Positions 33,656 through 33,824 of a stretch of DNA of 33,824 bases are shown here, in pieces. The stretch comes from a virus (Duplodnaviria > Caudoviricetes): positions 1 through 33,824 of IMG/VR virus record IMGVR_UViG_3300032318_000420; one strand, 5' to 3'. Made by a program: the position numbers and the translations under genes. Within the stretch, counting starts at the first letter, position 1. Each line of letters begins with the position of its first letter. The notes under the pieces were generated by a model. It ran no database searches. It had not been told where the DNA came from and was given only the letters and a program-made list of their open reading frames with translations.

Positions 33656-33824
33656 AGAACTACGCTCTTTGACAGAAAAAGAGGACCATGGTCTACCTAT
33701 GGATCCTCCCGCTGTTTTGATTATGAAACGCAAATCAATTCGCCAGTTTCCAAACAATCAAAGAGTAGCTCTTTATTATGTGGATAAGATTAATAAATAT
33801 GTAACAGTTCCATATACAGCCATG
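33642..33824 (+). CDS. Hypothetical head-region protein, 3' truncated (absent from the ORF track)
   Basis: GAGGA SD then GTG 33642; open to the window end: MKTLKELRSLTEKEDHGLPMDPPAVLIMKRKSIRQFPNNQRVALYYVDKINKYVTVPYTAM. Confidence 0.7.
   Translation, partial: MKTLKELRSLTEKEDHGLPMDPPAVLIMKRKSIRQFPNNQRVALYYVDKINKYVTVPYTAM

Noticed and set aside
192-33757. Many 60-234 aa minus-strand and alternate-frame ORFs in the track (e.g. 4163..4609, 13359..13811, 17869..18573, 22625..22846)
   Set aside because: They overlap well-supported + strand genes, lack recognisable motifs, and are expected antisense shadows of Gly/Thr/Ser-rich coding sequence.
33792-33799. AATAAATA late-promoter match near the window end
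   Set aside because: It lies inside a coding region (INKY codons) and the downstream context is outside the window.
1-33824. Genome-wide stop codon reassignment
   Set aside because: Standard-code ORFs tile the window densely, and TAA, TGA and TAG all end genes at sensible boundaries.
1-33824. Host assignment
   Set aside because: No host-derived or auxiliary metabolic genes are present. SD usage and AT content alone are not diagnostic.

Overview
All credible genes lie on the + strand. The window is part of the late (virion structural) region of an AT-rich T4-like myovirus. From about 22.97 kb to the end it follows the T4-type order: neck gp13, gp14, tail terminator gp15, small terminase gp16, large terminase gp17, sheath gp18, tube gp19, portal gp20 and a gp67-like protein. 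Two extra genes interrupt this order: an Mtd_N-like fibre after gp15, and a glycosyltransferase-like gene between gp16 and gp17. The first ~22.9 kb is an unusually large fibre/adhesin cluster: a coiled-coil fibre, six further fibres with five different tip types, a 1555-aa repeat protein, two adaptor-like proteins and several small partner ORFs. Degenerate gp55-type late promoters (N[A/C]TAAATA) punctuate the region, and two intrinsic terminators are clear. The most interesting signals are: (i) terminal motifs suggesting a branched plug-and-socket fibre tree; (ii) Ala-Asn enrichment largely confined to virion-proximal or exposed segments, alongside a GT-like gene (possible virion modification); (iii) identical 14-nt junctions between fibre modules; (iv) gp14 apparently starting at AUU, in frame with gp13. 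Family assignments come from motif recognition by eye; no database search was run.
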